From the NCBI GenBank assembly GCA_010909165.1, contig VJWM01000025.1, forward strand, positions 2,046,001 through 2,110,000: 64,000 nucleotides of DNA. The letters are read 5' to 3'. The DNA is from Anthoceros angustus (lineage: Eukaryota > Plantae > Anthocerotophyta). Positions 1-13,570 of the stretch are shown one piece after another (position 1 is the stretch's first letter; each line of letters opens with the position of its first letter). Position numbers and translations under genes: made by a program. Under the pieces are notes generated by a model, which saw nothing but the letters and a program-made list of their open reading frames with translations, searched no databases and had not been told where the DNA came from.

Positions 1-35
1 TTCTTTTTCTCCATTAGCCATCTCATACAGCTTTA

Positions 36-48
36 TGGTATCAGAGCC
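36..48 (+). promoter_or_regulatory. Primer-binding site complementary to the tRNA-iMet 3' end
   Basis: TGGTATCAGAGCC is the canonical plant Copia PBS; it lies upstream of gag. Confidence 0.9.
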
Positions 49-623
49 ACTGCGCTCTCCACCATTCGGCGCCGCACAAGCGCCCCGCGCTTGGCTCACC
101 AAGATTGCCGAGCATGGCGCTGCACAACAACGAAGGCAATCAGCCCCTGCAATCCTAAATTTCGCGAGATGGCTAGGAAGCACACATCTGCATCCTACTC
201 ACCTTCCGGTAGGGCGCCACCACCGCGACCAATCATCTGCAGCGACTGTTTAGCGCACGCAACTCACCACGCCCCGTAGAACACACAACCTGCCTTTGTA
301 CGTCGCGTACACTTCTCCGACCCCTCACCAACGACACCGCGCTCATCTGCATTCAGGCGCCTCTCCGATCAATCGTTTGCAGGCTCACCTCTACACCACC
401 GACACCACCAACCCAACAATGCACCTGCCAAGACCATCATCACTCATGAGGACCTCAAGTCACAGCTTACAAACATTGAGTCTCAAATCCAGACACTTCA
501 CTTAGCAATAGAGAGAATCTCACTTACCACTAGATTCTAGAAGGACTCGCGTTGTCCGCGTATAGGTGCATCCTCGCTTTCGACCCCCTTACAAACTACC
601 GGAGAAAGTTCAAAAATACAAGC

Positions 624-1445
624 ATGACTACACCAGCCACCACCGTTGTAAACACTACTAAGATTGAGTTCCGGAATCGAGATCGGTTTAACAGAACCGA
701 CTTCGGTGAGTGGAAGATGCGCGTTATCGCACTACTGGAAGAGCATGACCTCATGGACATCACTGAAGGCACTCTCCAACAGCCTTCACTCACTTCCTCA
801 CCTCCTTCACAACCGGAGGAAATAGCTGCCTAGAACAAGAAAGACAAACGCGCACGTAACATACTCATTTCAGCACTCGATAAAAGTATGTTGCAACATA
901 CTCAGGGCCAAGTTCATGCCCATGAAGTATGGAAAGTCTTCAACGACATGTTCTAGGGACAAGACTCAATGTCTCTCATCAATGCGACCTGACAATTCTA
1001 TCATCTCAAAATGAAGGACAACGAAAGTGTAGAGCAGCACATACACAACTTTCAGGCCTGCAAGCGGCCAGTGGTACAACTGTCACTGAGCTTCAAGCTG
1101 TTATCACTCTTCTAACATCCTTGCCTGCTTCATACAGGATGTTTGTCAGCTCATAAAATTCTATCCTCAGACAGTCCATCAAGGTGACTGCTGCAGGAAT
1201 TACACCAGCTCACACTTTTTCCGAAGTTGTTGGTGCACTCCTTGAGGAAGAATCCGGCCGTGGCAGCAATCCACGCACGAGCAAGAGTACCAGCCATGCT
1301 CTCTTCACCTCTCGAGGCCGAGGGGGACGAAGGGGCAGAGGTCGCGGCAACTTCACTAATCGACGATCCTTCGATCAGCAGCAGGCTCCTGGAGAACACA
1401 CCAATCAAACTCGTCAGAAGAAAACCGTTAAGGGACCTTGCAACC
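624..1445 (+). pseudogene. gag: Copia gag (UBN2/Retrotran_gag-like), with premature stops
   Basis: RFNRTDFGEWKMRVIALLEEHDLMDITEG; in-frame TAG at 831-833 and further stops; later LLTSLPASY and RGRGGRRGRGRG motifs. Confidence 0.85.
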
Positions 1446-3483
1446 CTTACTGCTATGTGTGAGGTTAGGGTAGGGGTTTGGACACTAAGTCCATAATACC
1501 TAGACACTTCATGTGCTTCCTATGCAACTCACGACCTAATGATTTTGTTAATAGATCTGCAGCATTATCTTTGGTTTGAATATAACTAATGTCTATTGTA
1601 TTATCTTCTAACTTCTCTCTTATAAAATGATACTCAACACCTACATGTTTTGTCCTGGAATGAAAAACAGGGTTTCTAGCTAATGAATAGCACCCTGACT
1701 ATCACTAAACAAAATTGTAGGCTTAAGTTGAAGATGCTGGAGTTCGCCTAAAATTAATCGACTCCACATTATATCCCTAGCTGCTGAGGTTAATACCCTT
1801 ATACTCAGATTCAGTATTAGATAAGGCAATGGTAGGTTGTTTCTTACTTGACCAGAATATGGGAGCTCCTCTTAAAAGTAATACGTAACGAGTTAGGATC
1901 ACCTGCATAGTCGGCATCAGCATAAGCTGTTAATATTAACTTCTCTATACCGGGTGTATGCTTGAACATTAGTCATGTCAGCATAGTCCCCTTCAAGTAT
2001 CTGAAAATGCGCTTAACTGATGTCCAATGCTCACGTCTGGGATTCTCCAAAAATTGAGAGCAGGAGCTTACTTCAAAAGAAATATCTGGTCTAGTAAAAT
2101 TACTCAAATATATAAGGGTGCCAACATCATGTCGATATGGAACTGCTGATATCTCTAACTTCTCTTCGGCTGTCTTGGGACTCATGTAAGAAGTAAGCCT
2201 AACTCCACTAGCAAAAGGTGTAGGGGCCGGCTTAGTATCCTCAAGACCAAACTTAACTAAACATTCTTCAATGTACTTAGTTTGTACAATGCTTAAAGTC
2301 TTATCATTACGACTTCTAATGATGTTAACTCCTAGTGCATATGTCATCTCTCCTAAATCAGATATTTCAAACAGAATTTGTGTAAAGCCTCTGGCCCCTA
2401 GACGTGCTTTATACCTTTCTATAGAGCCATCTCCTTTTCTTTTAATTTTGAATACCCACTTGTTGATTACTATCTTCCTACCCCTAGGCGGCTTGACCAA
2501 TTCCCATGTAGAGTTATTAACTAAGGAATTATATTCTGAATCTACAGCTACCTCCCATAAGTCTTTTTCAGGAGAAAAGAAAGCTTATTTTAAGGTAAGT
2601 GGTTCTTCTGGGTCAATAGTAGCTTTATAGACAGCTTGTGAATAAAGGAACAAAGAAGGGATAGGATCATCAAAAACAGCTAGGTATCTTAAAGGAGGTT
2701 CCTTCCAACTTGCAAGACCAGGAATAGCAAGACGTGACCTGAGGTTGTACCTAAGTGCAAGTGCTTCTTCCACAGGAGCTGGATCATCTATAGGATCATC
2801 AGACTTTATATCATCATCCTCAAGAGGGTGTTTAATTATGGGATTAACATGTGCACAAATAGAAATGGACACAAGAAACCACATATGCACTAAATTAGAA
2901 AAAGGAAGCACACATTGTATATATCCTAAAACTAAAAAGTAACTGTCATAACTACCACTAACCCTAAATGGTAGTAATGTAACTAAACTAAAGTATATTT
3001 AACAGGGTCATCAAACTCATCAACATGAGTGTCAACAGGCTCTTCTACCGGGTAAGAGGGAGTTGTGTTTGGCTATGGAAGGGGTGCTAACTCCTCCTCC
3101 TTCTCCTACACAACAAGTTCAATTGCTGGAGCATGAGCAACAAGAAGGGGAAAATTGGTGATGTAAGCAGTATCATCAAAAGAGGAGGTATCTTTGGCCT
3201 CGTCAGGAGAGGAAACATCAGAATCAACAGGGTCAACTCCCACTGGTGGGGAAAATAGGTAAGACTCATGAAAAGTAACACTACGAGCATAAATAAGTTG
3301 CCGAGTGGAAGGGTTAAATAATTTGTAACCTTTGATGCCTTCGGTGTAGCTTATGAAAGTGTACTTGGCTGCTTTGGGATCCAACTTCTTATGCATATGC
3401 AGGTGATCCAAATTTGAAGGTGGCCCTGCAATCCCTGGCCTTGGCTCCGCGTCAGGAGACCTCCTCCGCAACCGCTCCACCAA
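1445..3483 (-). pseudogene. pol: Copia pol fragments (integrase C-terminal SH3-like region, internally deleted RT, RNase H)
   Basis: KKLDPKAAKYTFISYTEGIKGYKLFNP; KWVFKIKRKGDGSIERYKARLGARGFTQ joined directly to FEISDLGE, so the YVDD segment is missing; RNase H (YADADYAG ... DNAADLLTK) at about 1490-1930. Confidence 0.85.
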
Positions 3484-3556
3484 ATGTGCTCGACCCAGAC
3501 CGCCGACCCCAACGCACTGCTTGACCCCTGGCCAGACTGCCGACCTAACTTCTATC

Positions 3557-3870
3557 TTTGGGTGAATGCTTGAACATTAGTCCTGTCTGCATAGTCCCCT
3601 TCAAATATCTGAAGATGCGCTTGACTGATGTCCAATGCTCACGTCCAGGGTTCTCCAGAAATTGAGAGCAGGAGCCTACTTTAAAAGCAATATCTGGTCT
3701 ACTAAAATTACTAAATATATAAGAGTGCCAACAACATGTCGATATGGAACTGCTGACATCTCTAACTTCTCTTCGGCTATCTTGGGACTCATATCAGAAG
3801 TAAGCCTAACACCACTAGCAAAAGGTGTAGGAGCCGGCTTAGCGTCCTCAACACCAAACTTAACTAAACA
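3557..3870 (-). pseudogene. pol: Second copy of the Copia RT C-terminal fragment
   Basis: Diverged direct repeat of about 1951-2270 (gggtgaatgcttgaacattagtc...ccaaacttaactaaaca). Confidence 0.8.
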
Positions 3871-3899
3871 ATCTACGCCTTTAAGAGATCACGAGTTGC

Positions 3900-4690
3900 A
3901 TATTGGCACAAGCTAAGTAATCTAAGGCTCATTGGGCAGAGGCCCTCCTCACAGCAACCTATCTCATGAATCGATTGCCTACATCAGTTATTCAAGGTAT
4001 AACTCCATATGAAGCATTCACTGGCAAGAACCCTTCTATTAACAAACTATATCGTCACACTATGCAGTGATCCCGACTCACGCAACGTGTCAGTTACGTG
4101 ACTTTTAGGAGGAGCTCCCATATCGTGGTCAAGTAAGAAACAACCTACCATTACCCTATCTAGTACTGAATTTGAGAATAGGGTATCAACCTCAGCAGCT
4201 AAGGATATAGTATGGAGTAGATTAATTTTAGGCGAACTCCTCCTGACTCACGCAAATCCGTATCAGGTTACGTATTACTTTTAGGAGGAGCTCCCATATC
4301 GTGGTCAAGTAAGAAACAACCTACCATTACCCTATCTAGTACTGAATTTGAGAATAGGGTATCAACCTCAGCAGCTAAGGATATAGTATGGAGTAGATTA
4401 ATTTTAGGCGAACTCCAGCATCCTCAACTTAAGCCTACAATTATGTTTAGTGATAGTCAGGGTGCCATTGCATTAACTAGAAAACATGTAGGTGGTGAGT
4501 ATCATTTTATAAGAAAGAAGTTAAAAGATAGCACAATAGACATTAGTTATGTTCAAGCTAAAGATAATGCTGCAGATTTATTAACAAAATCATTAGGTCG
4601 TGAGTTGCATAAGAAGCAAATGAAGTGTCTAGGCATTATAGATGAGGAGTCCAAACCCTATCCTAACGTCACACCTAGCAACTAGTGGGC
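3900..4690 (+). pseudogene. pol: Copia integrase-core remnant plus RNase H, with a ~170-bp tandem duplication
   Basis: WAEALLTATYLMNRLPTSVIQGITPYEAFTGK; FSDSQGAIAL...DNAADLLTKSLG; 4075-4240 is repeated at 4245-4415. Confidence 0.85.
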
Positions 4691-5452
4691 TGAGTTAAGA
4701 TAACTTCATTATTTTAGCCCGTTAAATCTTTAATATCAATGTCTTCTTCATTTAGGTCACCTTCAATTTCAAAGTAAGAATAATCTTCTAATGCTTCACA
4801 AGCCTCCTCATCAAGTGCCCACGTAGATCCTGAGTGAATAACATTTAATGATAGTTTTATATAGTATAATAGTAATAATTATTCATACTAGATTTAGTTA
4901 TTATACTTTAGGCACTCAAGATATCATACATGTACTTGGTATACCCCCTCATATTCCTCACATAGGGTACATCCAATTCTAACCATTTGTAGCCCTCTCT
5001 TCTAGTAACTGTAGAGTCATCCAAGTCTCCTATGTAAGGCCACTTTCTTAGCCCTATGTAAGATCACTTTCTTAGCTGAGCCCTTTAGTAATCATCACCT
5101 AGGGTATGATGCAAGTACAAGATAGCTGCATACTTCATTTCTATTGCACAAGTATCAATGACAGATTTTGCTCTTGCACACAAAAGCCAGAGAGAAAATT
5201 GAAGGAATCACCATCTTTACCACAAAACAATGCGTGATCATGGGGGCTAGTCCCTCTGGCATGGTGCCCTTCGTTGGGTTTTTCCCCCTTTGTTTTTGGG
5301 GTGGATGAGTTTTTCCCATCTTATAATAAAATCTTTTTTTCCTTCCACATATATCCCTCTTCGAATTCTCCTATATATATCAATATATAGGTTAGTATAC
5401 AACATATTTCATGCTTGTATAGGAGGGAATATACAGGGCGCACATGCACATA

Positions 5453-5600
5453 CACTACTACAATGCAGGCCTTTATAAGACGTGTTTAATAACACCGATT
5501 TGATGCCTGCGTGTGCCATTTGACGCACCGGTGGTGAGCCCACCGTGTCAATCTTGCGTCTTTATTAGTGCGTCGGAATTTGCTGTTTTGACGTGGAGAA
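5453..5600. mobile_element. CACTA-type transposon left terminus (partner end not identified)
   Basis: CACTACTACAATGC starts at 5453, 23 bp after the Copia purine tract; no exact inverted partner found in the window. Confidence 0.55.
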
Positions 5601-6775
5601 TGTGGCTGGGTAACCCATGACGGACCGCTGCCAATGTACACCGGCCATGACGAACCTTATCTCAAAGCGGCCGGATTCGTGCCCAATCTTCCCGGCCGAC
5701 TTGGTAGCCGAAATACAAATATTCCGCAGCGGTTAGCGGGCATGTCCGCCGACACACGCCATCCACCCGCATCCGGCCGTAATAGGGGTTTGTTGTCCAG
5801 ATTACCCGCCGTCGGAGTATGCCCCATGCTTTTGCTGTGGTATACGATCGCCACGTCTACGTACAACCTTCACACATCGATGCAATGTGCACCCGCCACA
5901 TGGTTACACGCTCGACATGGGTTTGGATTTGAATCGTGCATGTAATTTCGAATATATTAGGATAATAATATTGTATCCTGTATGTTCAACGTACGTGTCA
6001 TCCTGACTTTCTGCTTACACCTAATGAGTTTCTATAATCTCGGCAAGAAATTGCTGGCTAATCTGACAACTGAATTGCCTCTAGACCTACGCGTATCGGG
6101 ATGCAGGAATTGAAGGTGGGGAAAGCTTCGCTCTCTTCTCCATCACATAGCATGCTTGCACTGCCCGCATATGCTGCTTCGCCCTCTTCTCCTTCACCGC
6201 ACCGTTTCCACTCCTGCCAGAGGGCACTTTTGTTTCGCTATCATCCCCATGATCTATCGTCGTGGAGAGCTGGTGCTCTTCGGCGCGTAAAGGCTGCATT
6301 AAGATGCAAACATAATCCCACCTCCGTGGAATCGCATGTCTGGAATTCTAGCAACTCATGACATACAAATTCAAGCAACCTAGATCTGTCCACCTCCACA
6401 CTCCATGGTAAAGCATTTCTAGCTCTTCAACGACCATGGAGGGCGTCCATCTCTGGGTCACTTTGCAGCATGGACGTGGACTTTTTTTAACCAAGAGCCA
6501 TAAGCCATGAAAATTCACCGGGCCAAAAAATCCACTTACTGTAGGCCGAGTGCCCTCCCATGTTTCTCTCCTCACGATTGTGGTGTCATGGGCACTACAT
6601 CCACTGCTGATAGCTCCAAGGTTGTCATGTTTGCCACAGAGGAAGGGTTCCTCCCAATCGTGCAAATTCCTCACCGGTGCCTGCATTACCTTCACCACCG
6701 CTAGAGCCCCCGCTTCCTTCCCCCCTTTCGATCTGCCTCGCTCCTACAAGTGAACACACAACTATGCGTTAAGGC

Positions 6776-7182
6776 TATTAGGAAAAGAGCTGAGCCTTTA
6801 TAGAGAGGGAACACAACACTCCCATACAATATGGGTTATATGCACTAGGCACACTAGATACTAGCACACAAGCACACAAGAACACTTGCACACACCGCAC
6901 CCCACATGTAGGTGGGCTTGGCCTTATATAGTCTTAGCCTTGAATCCTATTGGTCACTTGACCTTGAATCCTATTGGTTACTTGACCTTGAGTCCTATTG
7001 GTCACTTGACCTTGAATCCTACTGGTCACTTGACTTGCCCTTTACTTTTGGGCTTTCTAGAAGATACTTTCTAGAAGATGCATGACTTTCAAGTTTGTTA
7101 TTTTTAGGGCACTCTTCATAACTTGCTTTTAGGGCACTCTTCATAACATATTTTGATATGTTGTAATAAATCACTTCTAACA
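6776..7182 (-). repeat. 3' LTR of element A
   Basis: TATTAGG...TTCTAACA (terminal TG mutated to TA); contains 4 x 24-bp tandem unit at 6938-7033. Confidence 0.9.
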
Positions 7183-7199
7183 CTCCCACTCAACATATC

Positions 7200-8417
7200 A
7201 AAATTATTCCCTTAGGCCTAACATCTTGCTAAACCTAGCATGTTTGTCTAAAGTCAAGCCTTTGGTCAAAATATCTGCTGGAATGTCTCACGTTGAACAA
7301 TACTCTAGCTTTACCTCCTTTAACTTTACCTTCTCTCTTACAAAGTGATTTTTCACTTCGATATGCTTGGTTTTAACATGAAAAGTTGCATTCTTGGCTA
7401 AGAAGATGCAACCTTGATTGTCGTTGAAGATTGTTGTTGCTTTCTTCTGCTTGAATCCCATCTCCTCTAGCAAGTCACGCAACCATATCACTTCCATGAC
7501 TATAGAGCATGTTGCCATGGTTCGGTAGAGGATAGAGCCACAGTAGGTTGTCTTCTACTACTTCAAGAAATGGCTCCCCATTCAAAGATAAACGCATATC
7601 CAATCGTAGACTTGCGACTATCAACATCTCCCGCCCCTCGAATCACAATATCCTACCACTCGGACTTCTCACGATGCTCTGTTGATACACCAAATTCCAA
7701 TGCTTTGTACCACTCAAGTACCTCATTATCCTCTTCACGGCTTGAAAGCTGTTGTCCGTGGTTAGCCATAAATTGACTTGCAACTCCCACCGCCTCGCAA
7801 TGTCGCCTTGTCCTCAGATAAATAGGTGAGGCATCCAACGACACGATAGAGAGTTTTATCTACCTTCTCCTTCTCTTCTTCAGTTGTAGGACTCATCTCC
7901 TTTGAGAGCTTCTCATTAAGCACCATTGGTGTCTTCACAGGCTTACACTCTTGCATTCCAAAGCGTTTCAGGACATTCTTAACATATGTCCTTTGGCTCA
8001 AAGAGATCTTCTTGTTAGCCCTGTCTCTCATTACTTCTATCCCTAGAAAGTAATGAAGTTCACCTAGATCCTTCATATCAAAACTATCATTAAGACTCTT
8101 CTTCGTACTCTCTAAGAGTTCCAAATCATTGCAAACAAGGATTAGATCATCCACATAGACAGCAATGATCATCATGGACTCTCCTACTCTCTTCACATAG
8201 ATGTTCCAATCTCCATTGGTTTTCTTAAAACCTCTAGCTTGGAAGAACTTGTCAATCTTAACATACCAGGTAAGTGCAGATTGCTTAAGACCATAGAGTG
8301 CCTTTAGCAATTTACATACCTCACTTTCCCGCCCTGGCACTTCATACCCTTCAGGTTGGTTCATGTAGATCTCTTCTTCCAAATCTCCATTGAGAAACGC
8401 AGTTTGGACATCCATGT
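7200..8417 (-). pseudogene. pol: Element A RT C-terminal half and RNase H
   Basis: MDVQTAFLNGDLEEEIYMNQPEG, LYGLKQSA, YVDD, MKDLGELHYFLG; RNase H DNQGCIFLAKN...KTKHIEVKNHFVRE. Confidence 0.92.
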
Positions 8418-9099
8418 CACTACAACAATGTAGATGATATTAAGACAAAAATAAAGACAAAATGGAGACGAAATCCTCCCTCTAATGACGCGGCTGCCCA
8501 GGATGCATTCCGTCTTTACATTGTCATAACGAGAACGCCCGGGCAATGACACGGGAACCCCTGTGCCTCCCTTGGTTAACCCGCATCGGGAAATTGGCTA
8601 TCCGTCTCCATGAACGGACGGAAGAGGAGAACCGGACGGCCCACCTCAAGCACCTCGGCCGCTGAGCGGACCGGCGAGTAAGTAAGCATGTCCGCCGTCC
8701 CGTTCTCCACCAGACCGTGTGGACACGTCCGCACACAATGTCCGGTGGTGGTGACACCGCAGCGCACTGCGGCCGCTAGTACGGTTCTGCTTGAATTCCA
8801 AACATAGTTTCCTCCCGGGTGGTGTTCGCCCGGCTATTAGACTTAGCAATCGTCAATCCAGACTTTCACGCCCGCACGCAGCACGCCGCCAACAGTGCCA
8901 CACGTCAACAATCGGCTACGCTTGATTTTCACGATCGCAGAACATCCGCCCCCGCCGGGTTCCACAAAAAGGGTGATGCCTGCTCAAAGTGATTCGATAA
9001 GGATGCCCATTTACATTAGCGAAAGCACGCTCGGAGCTCGTAATCAAACACCCACGGCGTGCATTTGGTGCTTAGTCATGGAGTCTACAAAACGCAAGC

Positions 9100-10400
9100 A
9101 ACAATTGCCCATGCCCCTAAAGATAGCGATGCGCAGTAAAGTGGGGCCCATCCGGTTTAGCGCGTTTATGCTTTCGCGATGCACCACCGCAGTGCTCGCT
9201 TTCGCATTCCCCAATCCGTCCGAACGGTGTGGGCTTGTGTTTTGCGATGGATTCCCCACGCTCCTCCCTTCGCACTCCCCACGGACATCGATCCCATGGG
9301 ACTGAGACACAATCCATGCGCATACCAATGCAAGAAGTATCCACAATGGACATGGGCTGCTTACATCGTCTCTGTTCGCGTTGCTCTTCCCGATGGTGCG
9401 CCGGTGACACTTGAGATGAAAGCACAACGTCAATGGCGCCACGCATGCCGAAGTTCCAGACGTCTCGTCCACACCGACTTGTCCCGCCATGCGAAGCTTT
9501 AGGCGCTTCCATATTGCCTCGCACAAAGAACAACATCATCCGGCCAACACCGATCCTAACACGACATGTTCAATACAAACCCCAAGAAGTCGTTATAAGA
9601 AAACTCTAGGCTCACCACTGCAAGTGCGGGAGAAGGATGCGCCGACTCCATTGGCCCATCTCCACGAGATGCAACCTTCTCCGGGACCTGGATTGTCGCC
9701 TCGTGAATCCCAATCCACCTTTCCGTATGGATTTGTCCCCGCCTTGCCATGCTTTGCGATACGCGCTTCCACCGCTTCCGCTGTGGCATGTGCCACACGC
9801 CGTGGTTTGCTGCCACCGCACTCCGGCCTCCACGCCCAGCCAAGCCCACATTGCTCGGCCAAGATGGTCACCACGCCCGATTCCTCCTTAATTCCGCTGC
9901 CTCTCGGACCCTGGTTCGGACAAAATAATTGCGAGCCCGAAGACAATTGCTGAACCGTTTCTTGATGTAATCCCGATTCAAGACCTTTGGAAATTCTCGG
10001 GCAACCAAGTCCAGCAGACGAGTGCAGAGGGACTTGTCCTGCTGCGACCAGCAAGTCAAAATCTGCAGCCTGGTGACCACCAACTCGTGCACCCGGGCCA
10101 TGAAGGCACTCGTCCATGTCCCTCCCCGCCCAAATTTCTTCTTGTTCAACGACCGTCTTGATGTTGCTTGCACCATCCGTGGCCGTGAATGTGAGCAAGC
10201 GCCTTCAAAGCCGGTCCTAATGGCCGGTGAAGCTCGCCACCGATCGCTATCCACGCCCCGCCCAATCGTGCTCGGATCTCCACCAACATCGATGAAGCTT
10301 TTATTCCATTGCGCATGAAAGGTGCCCTGTCCACATTGTAATTCCTCCTCCAGAGCCCTCACCCTCGCCACCTTCTAGCTCCTCCCCCACCACCCATGCT
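9100..10400 (-). pseudogene. Probable CACTA second gene (TnpA-like) remnants
   Basis: Fragmented coding-like ORFs downstream of TnpD on the same strand; assigned by position, no diagnostic motif recognised. Confidence 0.35.
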
Positions 10401-11699
10401 CTCCTCCCCATCATCGCCCGATGTCCCCTCACATGAGGCCCCACGCTACCCAAGAAGGCATCTTTCACCGTGACCTCAATAACCGGGTGAGACACACAAT
10501 CTCGGGATTAGCGTAACAACGAGGAAGCGCGAAAGGGAAAGAGAGCGCTAGACTTGCACGGGAACATACCATTGAACTGCACATGGCCAAAACGCGACAT
10601 GAAGACCCTACCCATTGCAGGCGTTTGCTCGGAAGTTCAAACCCAATGCCATATCCTTGCATTGGCGGTCTCACGATCGTGAAAGTCCGGCACACTTTGG
10701 ATGACGCCATCTCCCGACATGGCGACAGTGCAGTTGGCTTAGCTCACGATGGCATGAGCCGGCGGCCCACTTCACCTCAATGACCTGCGGACAGGGAACA
10801 TGGGCGCAAAACCGCAAATGAGCGTAAGAGCGACTGGTCATGACCGGAAGCTCCTTTGATTTCGGCTTCATGCGTGCTTGTAATGACACAAAGCTCTTCT
10901 CGACCACCGGCTTGCCATCTCCATCTCCAACACATCCATATCGGCGGCACCTCGCACATCCTCGCTAACCTCCGGATCCATGTCGGCTTCCATGAAGGCT
11001 GTGGTGTGGACAGATAAAATGGAAGGAGTCAAGGCCCTCCAAACTCAATCAAGTGGCTCGAGTCTTTTCCGTGACCTCGACGGCAAGATACGGAATCTCT
11101 AGCATACGGCCCTAGTCCCATTCACTAAGATACGCCGGCACCATGCGTCGCTAGTGAATAAAGTGCATCCACATCACTACACCGGCTTGACCATGGTCTC
11201 ACAGCTGGCGAACCCCGTGACGTGCAGTGACGCAGAGGCTGATCGCAAATCCGTGACTCGTCGTAAAAATTGCTGAAAGGCCGGAATAAGACCACACATC
11301 GCAGACCACGATTTGGGTGCTTTGGTGACCCACTCTTTTAAACCCGCCCCACCAACACACTCGACGAGTGCCATGGAGGACCCGACGATATCAAGAGTCG
11401 ATGCCCTTCAAGATGAAGATGCTCTTTCTCCGACGACAATCCGAGCCAGCTTGAAGAGTCTCCGCCACCACCGAGCTTGGACAACAGACACGCAGCTAGC
11501 AATGCCGCACTATTGGCCTGATGCCTCCTGCACGGGATCGCCGATGATGAGGCCGAAAGCCCGACGATGGGTTCTTGCCAGGTCATTGCCTCAACTCCTG
11601 CATGGACTGGCCATATGTTCAATGCCATTTCGGCCTTGACATTACCTTGCCCGAGGCACGAGCGCTGGCGGAAAGCCGAGTGAGTGTGTCCATGAGGTC

Positions 11700-13005
11700 G
11701 CCCCAAAGAACATGTCTTGTAATTGTATCATCCCATGCATGTCTTGTATTTGTAAGCCACTTGTTAATCATCCCACACATTCGATGCCGAACTGCAGTGT
11801 GTGCAAATCATCCACCAAGGCCCGGCATAACATCTCTGTGCCAATACTTGCCTCACATGGGCGGGAACGTGAAAGGCCCCGTCGGTGGTCGCGGTGGTAT
11901 CGATAAGGTCTGCGAGTGTCAACATTAAAGAAGCCGAGAAAAGGACCATGGACACTTTGCCATCGACGCGCACTTAACCAATCCACCTCGAAAACCATGA
12001 AGCTTAGGTCCCCTCTTCACAAGCCACCGTAATCCGCTTTAAGAAAAGTCCGTGGAGCATCATGTCCTTCCATCTCGAATCGCCATGGACCCAATCGTCT
12101 CAAGTGGCTTGCCGATTCTCCCGCAGCTTTGGTCCCGAAATGATATCCATGTGACTCGAGTCCTCGATATGTCATTGTTCCGTGAGCGTGGCCCCAAGCC
12201 AAGGTGATGTCGCTTTGTTGTCCATGTCATCAAAGGCACCCGCATGCGCCCTGCTTAAGCCATGTGATGAAGTCCATGCCTTGGGGATTCTGCACGTTGT
12301 ACATCTGCCTACATGGCTCCATAGTGCTTGAGTGTAGGACAAGGTACCAATAAAGTCATGCCTGCTCGTCTGGCGTCAGCTTGGTTTTCACGCTCTTCCC
12401 GATAGGCCTCTCATCGCCCTTTCCAGAGAGTCTGACGCCAAACAAATGGGCCTGGTCAGGATGCGTTGCGGATAAGTATTCTGCCGCAATGCATTGCTTC
12501 CATGGCCATATACGGTGGCCATGCTCCTTCGGTGTCGTTTCGGACATGGTTCTTCAGAGAGCATGTACCTTCGAATGGGTACATCCAACGAAGGGATGCC
12601 ATGGGTCTCCACCTCCTCGACCAAATGTATAATTAGATGTTCCATGATGTTCCAAAAAGTAGAGGGCATAACACTTTCCAGGGCAATGGCGACATCAATA
12701 GCATGTTTTCATAGTTGGCAAGTCACCAAATCGATGTCCTTTGACATATCCACCGGTATAGGCGCCAGTAACAGCCCCATACTCGAGCCCATCCAATCGT
12801 CCTCTTAGCGCAATGGGTAAGTAGTAACTGCGAGGCAATGCCGATCCATGGCTCTTCATCCTGTCACTTTCTCTCTGAATGCAGCCGGAGATTCTTGCCC
12901 GAATCCGTCGGGCTGATGTCCGCTATTCGCCACGCCTCGGATGGCCTCACCCAAAACATAAGATGCATGCATGAGCTTCTCCATCCTCATGTATGGCCAC
13001 AACTG
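11700..13005 (-). pseudogene. CACTA TnpD transposase, C-terminal part
   Basis: PDGFG...MKSHD-like segment; IMEHLIIHLVEEVETHG (DUF4218-like); GAFHVPAHVRQV (DUF4216-like); frameshifted. Confidence 0.75.
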
Positions 13006-13514
13006 GCCGTGCGAAGTCCATTTTCCACAAACTTCCACAATCCTCACAATGAGAAGAGATTTTGGCTTCAACTTCCATAATGTGAAGTTCGCCATCAAAC
13101 TTCTCCACTAGACGCCAGTAGTCTCCATATGCACACCTTAAAGCTATGCAAAGACAAGACAAAAGTTCCTCGCACCAAAACTACTCCCAAGCTTCAAAAT
13201 TGCAAACGAGCTTTCACACGGACACTTAGTCTCATAACTACAAACAATGCAATAGAAGACAAGTGGCAAGAGTCCCACATGGTGGTGCAGTGATGATCTC
13301 CGAACCATGCTCGATACCATGTTAGAAAACAGTTATTCCTGTGTTCAAGATTATTAGAAATGGTGTGCTATGCATACATATATAGCCTTTGGCCTTGTCA
13401 TACTCGATAGTATGAAACCCTATCTCGCTCCTGGGATAATCCTATATACTTCTAGGACTTATACTCATAACTCTAATATGTGATGTGTTGCACCAATCCT
13501 ATAGATTTCTAACA
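13005..13514 (-). mobile_element. Truncated Copia (element C): 5' LTR, PBS and gag N-terminus
   Basis: 195-bp LTR 13320-13514 with TGTTAGAAA/TTTCTAACA ends; PBS-like 13309-13319; gag start LVEKFDG..NFTLWKLK similar to element A gag (33660-33727). Confidence 0.75.
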
Positions 13515-13570
13515 TTGTCTGCTCATTATTAAAACCAGTATAAAGTCCACCAAAATAAGTTCTGGTCAGC

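Larger units (their letters stand above)
1..5452 (+). mobile_element. Degenerate, internally rearranged Ty1/Copia LTR retrotransposon (element E)
   Basis: PBS TGGTATCAGAGCC at 36-48; gag 624-1445; integrase and RNase H remnants 3900-4690; purine tract ATAGGAGGGAA at 5419-5429. Pol fragments of a related element lie on the minus strand inside it. Confidence 0.85.

Noticed and set aside
13518-13532. 15-nt inverted match to 21810-21824 as evidence for Copia B's 3' LTR
   Set aside because: Wrong orientation for an LTR pair, no extension, AT-rich and within chance expectation for a 64-kb self-comparison.
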